DNA from: Lophium mytilinum
Lineage: Eukaryota
Direction: 5' to 3'
Length of the DNA: 64,000 bases
NCBI GenBank assembly: GCA_010093605.1
Contig: MU004193.1
Coordinates: forward strand, 1,692,579-1,756,578
The notes beneath the pieces were generated by a model. That model did no database searches. It saw only the letters and a list, made by a program, of their open reading frames with translations, and was not told where the DNA came from. This document shows positions 36,570 to 46,835 of this stretch, piece by piece. The position numbers and the translations under genes are program-made. Within the stretch, counting starts at the first letter, position 1. Every line of letters starts with the position of its first letter.

Positions 36570-38091
36570 ATGACATCTGCACTGCGTTTCCTCGACTCCA
36601 CGGGCCAAGCAACGGAGAAGTCGGACACGAGCAAGATTCAGCCATGGCGTGTATTATGGCCCCCAAAAGAAGGCTCACCTCTACATTTATGGATGAAGTC
36701 AAACTGCCCTGAAGCTCTCTTCTATCAATTTGATCCAGCATGCCCGTTCGATCGCCCGTGGAAACAATGGGCCAAATTTCCGCTGGCCAACGTGCTCTCG
36801 TGTGCGCCGCCAACTCCTTCCAAATCCAACGAAGAAGAGCAACCTGTACCTATTGGCAATGCTATGGAAATCGAATCCCGTGAGTCTACTTGGATAGCCA
36901 TGTCTAGAGCTAACGTGATCTGCAAGAATCTACCAGCGCTATGAAAGCCAGCATAGTCCCAAAGACTGCCAATGAAAAGCTAGACACCCACTGGGATGCT
37001 CTAGAGCTCCCCCAAACCCTAGCGTGTCTCTATCATCTGGCCCCTTTACCTGTGTACCAGCACGAAAAGCCGTTCGTTAGCCGTCTACCATACTCCGACC
37101 CCACACGCGACCTAGTCACAACAAACATCGCTACCCGCGCCTACGATAACATCAGCATATGTGACGTTAGTGGCGTGGAAGATGCTTTTCGTATTGAAGA
37201 ATGTGGATTTCAGTACGTTCGGTCTACTGTCCCCTCCGATATAGGGACCTGGGATGAGAAGGGCGTGCGAGATGTGTATTTGCCACATATGGAAGCGTGG
37301 CTGAAGGATCGGTTCCAGTGCAGGATGGTTCGAATATATACGTACAACGTGAGTATTGCGGATCTTCAAAATTCTCCGCCGGGCAACCTTATAGCTGAAA
37401 ATCGCAGTTCCATTCCAACGATCGAGCGCGTACGCCCACGGAGCCGTGGATGCAGCCGTTCATGCGGACACATTGTGGTAAGGCTTCCCCGTTTTCGTAC
37501 ATTCGTTCTCTACAAAGCTAAGGCGAGAACACTAATCTTACGCGTCTTGTAGACGCTACCCGCAGCTCCGGCTTCAGTCGCTTGGCTCTTCACATTCCAG
37601 ATGAGCTTGCAAGTAGCACAGAAACGCAGGAACGAGTACGTCTCATTGGGTACGTCCATCTGTAAAGCTGCCTTGATTACTTCACTCTAATAGGCTGTTT
37701 CAATATTCCATAGCGTGTGGCGTCCTCTAACTGGCCCCGAGCAAGACTACCCTCTGGCAGTCTGTGATACTCGCACAGTCTCCGAGTCAGATCTCGTGCC
37801 TGCCGATATTGTCTTCCCGCACTACTGCGATGAGCGGTATGAGCTGCTATACAGCCCGGCTCAGAGGTGGTTCTACAAACGACGCATGCAGGTAGACGAG
37901 GTGATATTGTTGAAACATTTTGATAGCAATGCTGATGAAGCGACTTGTGAGTATCTACGGAAAGCGCAAGGGGTGAAGAACGATGCTTACAAGTTCTAGT
38001 CTCTCCTCATACCGCGTTTCTGGACCGTGACGTGGGTTCGGAAAGTGTGACTCGAGCTAGCATAGAGTTGAAGGCGATTCTTATAGGATGA
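36570..38091 (+). CDS. asaB/CmcJ/NvfI-family oxygenase (often annotated methyltransferase-like)
   Basis: YQHEKPF..TNI..ISICDV...F.IEECGFQY, RTHC|D (HxD), VWRPL.GP..DYPLAVCD, Y.PAQRWFY...M..DEV.LLK.FDS, PHTAF, RASIELK; five introns. Confidence 0.88.
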
Positions 38092-38447
38092 TTTCAAAAA
38101 TTTCGTCTCTATGTACGGCATCGGACTTATCAAATGAATGAAGGCGAAAATATGATTCGAAGTTGGGATGCCATCGCTTCAAGTTGTATCTAATGAATAG
38201 CACCTGATGCGGGGTTTGACCACTTGCGGGAAAGGTGACCAGAACACTCAGGAGCACCTAAAGACGGTAATTCAGCATAACAAGTAGCCTGCCTATCACA
38301 AGGAGAAAGATGCTCATAAACATTCCGGTTATGAGTTAGCCTAAAAGAGGTTGTTCCTTGGGGGGGTTGCTCCAGCATTCAATAGTCTACGTTTTCACAT
38401 CCGAGCCCTCTCCATGATGGAGCAGGCAGAACTCTCCACATGCTGGC

Positions 38448-39233
38448 CTAAGGCCCAATAATAACATACCACAGCATGCCCAACGCATTCCCTAAGAGTG
38501 TAAATACAGTGCGCGGCTTTGGGTTATCAAGGATTACATCCGGAAACCTCTCTTCAACAAAGACGGCCTCCAGGAGCTCCTTCGACAGCGTCCCACCAGT
38601 CTGCGCCGTGTTCATCACGCCCACCGCCTGCAACAGCCTCACAAACCACAAATTCAGCGGCAGCCGGGGCGCGCCAGCTGCTCTGCTTTCTTTGTTCCGC
38701 CTGATAAACGTCTTGGCCAAGGTTCGCCGCGTTACGGGGCCGCCGTTGGCATCATCGAGCATGGCTCGGAACATGTCTGGCTGGAACGTGTAGTTGTCGC
38801 CCTGGTGGAAATCGAGGCGGGTGAAGGACGAGTCGTGCTCGATGACGTTGTGGCGGCGCGTGTCCACCAGATCGAAAGTCCCGTCCTTACCGCATAGGGG
38901 CGGGAGACTGTGGGTGAGGGCAGCGGCGGCGGTTTTATCCATGTGCAAAACGGTCATGAGGGCGTGTTGGACTTGGGGAAGCGTAATGTTCTTGCCATCG
39001 CGCGGGCTAGATGTAAGTTAGCATGTGCAGCTTCGTGATCGAGGCAGAGGGTGTAACTACAGATATCCTTGGTTTGCAAGTGCATTTAGGCCGGGGCATG
39101 GTCCTCGATCAGCGATGTCGCCGCGAATGTAGGTATGCTCGTCGTTGTCTTGGGAGTCAATGCTCTTTTGCGTGTTTTGCTTGAAATTGGAAGTGAAAAA
39201 ACTCTTCACGATATTCGTTACGCTCAAGTACAT
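38448..39233 (-). CDS. Heme-thiolate peroxidase / unspecific peroxygenase (chloroperoxidase family, short type)
   Basis: RGPCPGLNALANQGYL|PRDG (PCP proximal Cys), IEHDSSFTR.D, F.EERFP; intron 39007-39060; no evident signal peptide; hydrophobic C-terminus. Confidence 0.93.
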
Positions 39234-39895
39234 GGTGGGCTGGTACTTTGGTAGTTTTGCCAGAGAGCAAATTCCGAATGATGAGATGAATGAAGCTTTA
39301 GCTAAAAGTACGAGTACAGGTCGGATGCGCAGGAGATAGTGATTGGAAGAAGCTCATGACTTCATATCTCTTAACAGCTACGCGCTGCATGGAATCTACG
39401 GCGGTATTCAGAAGAGGCTGAAACACCAAAATTAGCCTGGGTTCGTCGTCTTGCATGAGACCAGTGATGAGGCAGAACATCCCTCCCATTCTGTACGCAT
39501 GACTGCAAGTCAGCCCAGTTGTTACACCAAATGAGAATTGGAGCGTCCGGACTGGACACAGTCAGCAGAGCTGAAGGGCTGAAAGCGCCCACCTATCAGC
39601 CTTGGGCGTACAATTAAGCCCGTAAGCAGCGCCATATGCACCTTTTATTGTCGATGTCTGATACGTTGAATGAATCCAGTGGAACGTAAGTCTATTCGAC
39701 TCGATTGATAGGCCGATGAACTCTGCACCTAGTTTGAGGAGGTGTGAGATTTCACCGAGGGCTTGAAACAGCAGCTGAAAGAACTGGACGGAGGGAGTCT
39801 CAACGCAGCCAACCGTCTTATACCTAGCCTCATTGCGCTTTCGAATAACCATTTGTCCCGAGAAAGTTCCCCGAAACTTCAACCAAGCTTTCGTC

Positions 39896-41893
39896 ATGGA
39901 AGCCCCATCGCCCAGCTTTCAAGCCAGCCTCATCCAGCGCGTACTTATCGCTACCTTCCATTTTGTCAATAGATTTATCCCCTGGTATAAACTTCCCAGT
40001 TACATCGGGGCCATCAATCTCGACGCCCTGCGCATTGAGCTCCGCGCGAATAACCTACACGATGGGTACGCCTCAAGCGCCGCTCAGGGCAATCGAATCG
40101 ACGAGCCCCTGACGAACAAGCGATTTGTAAACGCGCGTAACTCAGATGGTAAATTCAATTCGATTGAGTTGCCTCGGATGGGCTGTTCGGGCGTTCGATT
40201 TGGCCGCAACTTTTCGAGGGTAAACACGCCGAAGCCGACTGATGAACAATTGTGGAATCCGAACCCGCGTATGTTGAGTGAGCAGTTCATGACCAGGAAA
40301 TCGGGAACTTTCATCCCTGCTACAACTTTGAATTTGCTTGCGGCAGCCTGGATCCAATTTCAAGTCCACGACTGGGTGAATCATGAAACTGTGCGTTGAC
40401 TTCCGCGTCTTTATTCCATATCAAGCTTGCTGATCCCTCGTAACCTGCAGAACGACCAAACCTACGATATTCCCCTGCCTCCTGGAGACAAATGGCCGCA
40501 TGGCCATATGAAGCTGCCGCACACCAAGCCTGACAGTACGCTCCACCCATCCGATGTCAAGTGCCCTGGATACAAGAACACCAACACGGGATGGTGGGAT
40601 GGTTCGCAGATTTACGGATCCAGCGAGCCAGCCACGCAAATACTGCGAACTACGCACGCCGACGGCAAGCTATTGGTCACAAAAGAGGGCAGGGAGTCAT
40701 TCTTGCCTCGCGATGCTGCGGGAAACGTAATGACCGGGTTCAACGACAACTGGTGGATAGGTATGGAGATGCTGCATACGCTATTTGGGTGGGAGCATAA
40801 TGCGATCTGCGATATGCTGCGCGGTTCGTATCCAGATATGCCGGGGTAAGGTTTTATTTGCCGCAGAAGAGACGCATCATCTAACTGTGAGTTTAGGGAT
40901 GCAATCTTTGACAAAGCCCGCCTCGTCAACTGCGCGCTCATGGCGAAAATACACACTGTAGAATGGACGCCTGCAATATTAGCACATCCTACCCTACAAG
41001 TTGGTATGAATGCAAACTGGTGGGGCCTTGTTGGCGAGAAATTGACAAAGCTCTTGGGACGAATCTCTAAGACGAGCGAAGTTATCAGCGGGATTCCTGG
41101 CTCCGGGGTCGACCAGTTCGGAGTGCCATACTCCCTTACAGAGGAGTTCGTGTCAGTATACAGAATGCACGCCCTCGTGCCCAACAACATTGCGTTCTTC
41201 AGCGCCACGAACGGCGAGCACAAGTCAACCATTCCCGTTGAGAAAACGCTGTTCACAGAGTCGCAGGCCCCGCTCGACGATGGATTATCGTTTGCAGACA
41301 CGTTCTACTCCTTTGGCATCAATTACCCTGGGGCTATTACGAACTTCAACTATCCCGACTTCCTACGCAACTTGACCAAACCAGATAGTCAGCACCTGGA
41401 CATGGGCACCGTTGACCTCATTCGTGACCGTGAGCGCGGCGTGCCACGATACAACGAGTTCCGGCGCTTGCTGCGGATGTCGGCACCGAAGACCTTTGTA
41501 GAGTTGACTGGTGGAAATACTGCGCTCGCACAACAGCTCTCCGACGCGTACGATGGCAACGTTGAGCTCGTGGACATGCTGATCGGGTCCCATAGCGAAC
41601 CACTCATCAAGGGGTTCGGCTTTAGCGAGACCGCGTTCCGGATTTTCATTCTGATGGCAAGTAGGCGGCTGAAGAGCGATCGCTTCATTGCCGGGCAATG
41701 GAATGCAGAGACGTACACCAAGGAGGGGTTACACTGGGTACAGTATAACGGGATGAAAGATGTGCTCGGCAGGCACTTTCCAGAGTTAAAGGAGGTGTTG
41801 AAGAGGAGTAAGAATGTGTTTGCGCCGTGGGATAAGTTGGCCGAGTCGTCGAAATACGGCGGCGTAGAAACGAACGCGCCGACGGAAAAGTGA
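39896..41893 (+). CDS. Peroxidase-cyclooxygenase superfamily heme enzyme, alpha-dioxygenase-like
   Basis: AAAWIQFQVHDW (distal His), WWDGSQIYGS, KIHTVEWTPAIL, EEFVSVYRMH (Tyr and proximal His), RDRERGVPRYNEFRR, SETAFRIFILMASRRLKSDRF; introns 40391-40450 and 40846-40896; no P450 fusion. Confidence 0.92.
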
Positions 41894-42243
41894 TGACTGG
41901 GGAAACGGAATTTTAACTGTGTATCTACAAATCTCTTTCCTAGTCCTAGTGGTATCAGTCTACTTCTAGTACCTGTATAGAATATCCTTTCAGCGTAGTT
42001 CGCGGTATGGAGTGGGCAGCCATTGAAACCTAGCCGTATTCCACGCGGAGTAGACCCATCGCGTAGGCATCCGTTTACTAGTCCATCTGCTTTCTCTGAG
42101 ATGGACAGCCCCACGTGCAGCATGACCGTTTTGAGGCTATTGGGTGATAATATTTTGTATGACCTAGACACAAACATCAAAGTAATTCTAGCCGAGGCTA
42201 GCGAGGGCGTCAGCTTTGCGATCAGCAGGGAGAAATGGGTAAT

Positions 42244-42588
42244 TTAGCGACCAGAAAGCACGTAGTCGTTCTGGTCGGGATGCGCGCTCAGCTGTGCTTC
42301 TGCTTGATTGATGAGGATTGGGATGGTGTCGTTGATACAGAGGCGGAGAAAGTAGAAGTGGAGATCTCCGCCAAAGTTGCAACACCACGTCTCCATCATC
42401 GTGAACTCTTCACTCTCCGGCTCCCGCCTTAGCTCCAGTCTTCGCGTTATCTTTTTGTCATCGATCAATACAGTCGTCTCCCATGTGACTTCTCCACATA
42501 CAGCGCACTTGGCATCATGGATGCTGCAATCTCTGGAAGTGACTCTCCTGCAAATGTCATTAATCAACTGTCTCCGGGCCGCTGGCAT
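42244..42588 (-). CDS. Small hypothetical protein
   Basis: 114-aa ATG ORF with CxxC (CAVC) and WCC; no family recognised. Confidence 0.3.
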   Translation of the reverse strand: MPAARRQLINDICRRVTSRDCSIHDAKCAVCGEVTWETTVLIDDKKITRRLELRREPESEEFTMMETWCCNFGGDLHFYFLRLCINDTIPILINQAEAQLSAHPDQNDYVLSGR

Positions 42589-42784
42589 TATTCAAAGCCG
42601 TGCACCCTGGCTTATTTGAAGAAGCCTTAGTCAATGGGAGCCCTTCAGATTCTGGGATTTTGAAGTCTAACCTGCGGTCTATCGCACTTCACGCCTTTCT
42701 AACCAAAACGGTTCACCCTTCCCTGGTGTCTCTACTTACGATTGAGCCCACTGGCCCCCTCGTGTCGTCCGCGATTGACCCAAC

Positions 42785-43858
42785 ATGTCCGCACTTGTGC
42801 GCGCAGTAGGCCAGTCAGGCCGCCGTTATGTTGTTGAGCGCATTCTCCAGGAAAAGCCCATGTTCCTTGAGCTTGGCTGCGTCTATCTTGCTACGTGAGT
42901 ACGCACACCTCTTCAGCAACGAGCCGAAGGCGCTGACTATCACTTTTTAGATCCGGCAATCAAAAGTACATCTTGAAAAGTGTCCAGCCGAAATCGTTCC
43001 GGTATTTCCGGAATATGTTCGACGATATCCGGAACTCTCCCTACTCTCCCTATGTCCGTATCGCCGACGATTCTATCCCCAACAAATCCATGTTCGCGTA
43101 CAAGTTCTTTAAGGGTCACCTCCTGGGTTTCGTGCAGAAAGACGTCCCGCTATCCGTGACAAAGCGCATACTGCGCGACGCCCTGCGTGGGATCGCCGCG
43201 ATGCACGACAAAGGCATCGTTCATACCGACATCAAGGCGAACAACATCATGGCAGAATGGAATGAGAAAGACGGCGAAGTAGTAGTTGAACAGGTACAGT
43301 TGGCCGATATCGAGGCTGCTGCCTATGTGCCCGATAACTCTGTTCTCAGAGGAGAGCAACTCGGAAATATCATGTGGCGGAGTCCAGAGGCGCATGCGTC
43401 CGGCGAAGTACACAAACCATCAGATATATTTTCTTTTCGCATTGTGGTGAGTCTCGTTCCGTCTCCCTTTCCATCCTGTAACCCTGATTCACTAATAAAT
43501 TACCTGCTAGTGCATTTACGCCCTCATCAAGCGAGTAATCTTTGCTGTCGGCGACGAGGAACTCCATGCGGGAGAGGAAAAATCAGCCAATGTTCTTGAA
43601 CGCCAAATATCATATTTCTCTGACCCCGAAGGGTTCGCGGGTCTGCTCCAGCATCTCGGTGAAGGCTTGTGGGTTCAGATATTCACTGTAATAGCCGATG
43701 GATTCAACGAAGAGTATCCTCGCATGCCGTTCGCGCAGTAGCCAGAAATTGAGCCAGAAGCCAGGGACGTCATTGGACGAATGATGAACATGGACCCAAA
43801 ACGGCGATTGACAGCTCATGAGGCACTGGCGCACCCGTGGTTTGCAGACGTTGCTTGA
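42785..43858 (+). CDS. Protein kinase (fungal-specific Ser/Thr kinase-like family)
   Basis: GQSGRRY..ERILQ...VYLA|..KYILK, ILRDALRGIAAMHDKGIVHTDIKANN, LADIEAA, WRSPEA, MMNMDPKRRLTAHEALAHPWF; two introns. Confidence 0.88.
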
Positions 43859-44611
43859 AGGGCTAGGACAGAACGTGGTCGTCTATCAAAATTATTTTAG
43901 CAAGACAGGGTGTCTGAAGGATGTGTATAAAGACCGGTAAACAATGTAGGGCAGAGCCTCTGACTCGCATACTCTTCTGACCAACTTCAGTCATGTCGCT
44001 TTCCATCCAGCTCACTACAATTTCTCTGGCATTGGCAGTACTAGGCCATAAGTGTGGGCACATATGTGCTAATGCTGGGTGCCGCTTTTGGAAGCCAGAT
44101 TCCCACCGTTAGGGCGGTTTCGTTGACATAAAGCCATTCATTCAAGCCAAATCAGAGTACGCTGCGCATGCTTTGACATTGCGTCAAGGCACGGGAAACT
44201 CATAGCGGTACCCCTAGCTGTAGCAAATGGTATAGATAGACTTATGGGCCGTCACTTTACGCGTCACGAAACACGATTCTCGTGCGCGCCGCAGTTTGAT
44301 GATCGATCGGGTAAAAAAAATGCTTGTGTGCACATTGGGGTGCTGTACTACTTACAACGCCATTATCCATGCAATCGAATTGAATTTGTTATATCCTTGA
44401 GTGAATAGAGTTAGCTTCAAATATTAGTTTAACCGTTATAAGCTCTCGATGTTGCATAATCCTAGCACTTGGAAGCCTTAAACAGCATAGCCCCGCTGCA
44501 GCCCAAGACGCATGAACATACACATAACACTCTACGGATCTCGAAGCGCCGTCTTTCGCGATAAACTCATGATTACAAGATACGGCAAAGTCCTGTGCGA
44601 CAAAGCCGAGC

Positions 44612-45808
44612 ATGAAGCTTTCACAATCCGCATATCGGGACAACCCATATACAATATCATTACCTGAGCCGCCGGATGTCAAAGTATCTGTGGCAAATTT
44701 AGATTTAGAACACCTAGGAGCATTCAAGACGATCTTATCCAAAGTACTCTCTACGAATGTGGCGAAAGAAACTTACGCACAGATTATTGAGGGTCTCCCA
44801 ACTCGGAGAGTCTTCTACGAATATTCCAATATTCGCGACCGTGCAGACATCAACGCTCACGAGCATCTCAGCCCAAAGTCATCTGCCACTCTAACAGCTT
44901 TTGGAGAGAGATTCAACTTCGATATCTTACGTTTTGACGCAAAGGTTCGCCGAGATAACAACCTGTAAAAGAACACCAGGCTAACGTAGACATGCAGACT
45001 ACACAAGCGTATCAAAACACCATCGTCGGCTCAAAGGATTTCAGACTTCATCTACTGGAAATGATTGCAGTTGCATGTCACAACATCGCAGTGCTTATCT
45101 ACAAACAAATAAAGGGCAACGAGATCCCAACCGAGCGGATTTGGTACCACCCGGCCCCTATTATATCATCACTCCCACCCCGTCCCGACGGCCGGCCTGA
45201 CGAACCCATCACATTCCCACCGCGACTAGTCCTTCCGACAGACTTTTACCATCAATTCTACCAAGAAATGGAGCAGTATCCAGAAGGTATGGCTGATGTT
45301 GTGGGCTACTGGGCTGAGCTACGGATTTTCGGTGGCGTGGTGGTGTTTGATAGGGGAGAAAGCGGAGACGAGGTTTGTGATGCACCCGCAGGCATATCGG
45401 CTCACGGAAAAACTGACGTCCACCCTCGCACAGTGTAACGAAGCGTTCATACACCCTGGAAAGCGGCGCATGATCTACCAGCTCCACGATCACCAGATCG
45501 ATCAATTCGTCAATTTTGAAACAGCCAAAGGGGATGAAGAATCCGACCACGTTGTAAGCTTCAATTCCGTCGGGACAGATGAAGCTGCAAGGGACGAAAA
45601 GACGCTAGGGTCTCCTCTACCTTTTCGTAATGAGCGGTACCATAGAAGGGTAGACGAGTGGGATGCTTTGAATCAACACATTTTTAGGAATAGGTACGAG
45701 AGAAAGTGGGCAACTAGGGCGCCGCTGGCATATAGGCGGATGGGCGGTGATGAGCCTGAGATTGAGGACATGATGGTGCGGCACCAGACAACTGGGAAAT
45801 TTGAGTGA
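44612..45808 (+). CDS. Conserved fungal hypothetical protein (paralog A)
   Basis: ETYAQIIEGLP, LLEMIAVACH.IA, YPEGMADVVGYWAELRIFGGVVVFDRG, DE..AL..HIFR; introns 44945-44997 and about 45373-45432. Confidence 0.85.
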
Positions 45809-46835
45809 CATCTGCTGAGGGAAGAAACTCTCGGCGGAGAACACTTGTAGCCGCGCAGTATATGCATGATTTGGAGCAATGCTAGCACGACAGATAAACG
45901 ATGTGACTTCAGTGAATGTTCTAGATTCGACTCTCTGCAATGATTGTACAAGTGAGGTAGCCACCGACTCTCCAAGACCCGAGTGCAATGCTTGCGCGGT
46001 AATCAGATCTGCCTCCGCTCTAACCCTCGCTGAACCAGGTCTTGTGGCCCTGTGCGGTGTTAGTGTTTGTCCCGGCATCTGAAATAACTCCACTGGCGCA
46101 AGGGCGAGCTTACCAGAACGGTGCGGCCCATCATGTACATGCTCCCAGCAAAGCCAGTCCAGAGCATCGCGTAGTACGGGTACATGATGAACGGGCTGCG
46201 GGGTGTCTACAAAGCCAATTAGCCTCCGTGTTGAGATCTGACCTCATTTTCTCATGTCATATTGTGGCACGATCGCCTTCTGTTGTCCTTCCGACGGTTG
46301 TACGCTCCTCCGTAAGGGCGTCGAGATCGTGAACGTGAAGATTGTGAGAACGCACCTTCCACCATTGTCGAACACCATCGTGCTTCTGGAAAAGGGCTTG
46401 GTATTCCGGAACCCGGTTCTTGCGGTAGACGAAGCTGTGAAGAGAGCTGTGTTAGCCGTGGTTGCGAAAGAGCGGCAGCTCGGATGAGCAGAAGTCCATT
46501 GGGCCGCAGTGTCGGCGTGAAGTTGACGCACTGAGGGGTTTGGATACGTACCCAGCCATGGTGAGAGTGGAGAGTGTGTGCTTGACGAAGCAGTCGGTGT
46601 CGGGGCGCAATGGGAGGTTGTGGTTTGGGTTGCAGAGCTGTGGTAAGGTTGAGGTCGTTCGATCACGGCGGAAAGAGCCGGTTGGAGCTAGCTGATTTGG
46701 AGCTAGCCGCCGTTCCCGAAAATGGCAGACGCGATTCTGCAGAAGCTCAATCCAATTCCTCACCCGCTTTCGCTGCTCACTTTCGCCTGATGCAATGTCG
46801 GACGGCTTCAACTTAGGCTCGCCGCCGCAGAGTCG

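Noticed and set aside
41389..42180. 263-aa antisense ORF over the peroxidase, and similar antisense ORFs over other genes
   Set aside because: Shadow ORFs from the codon bias of the real gene on the opposite strand.
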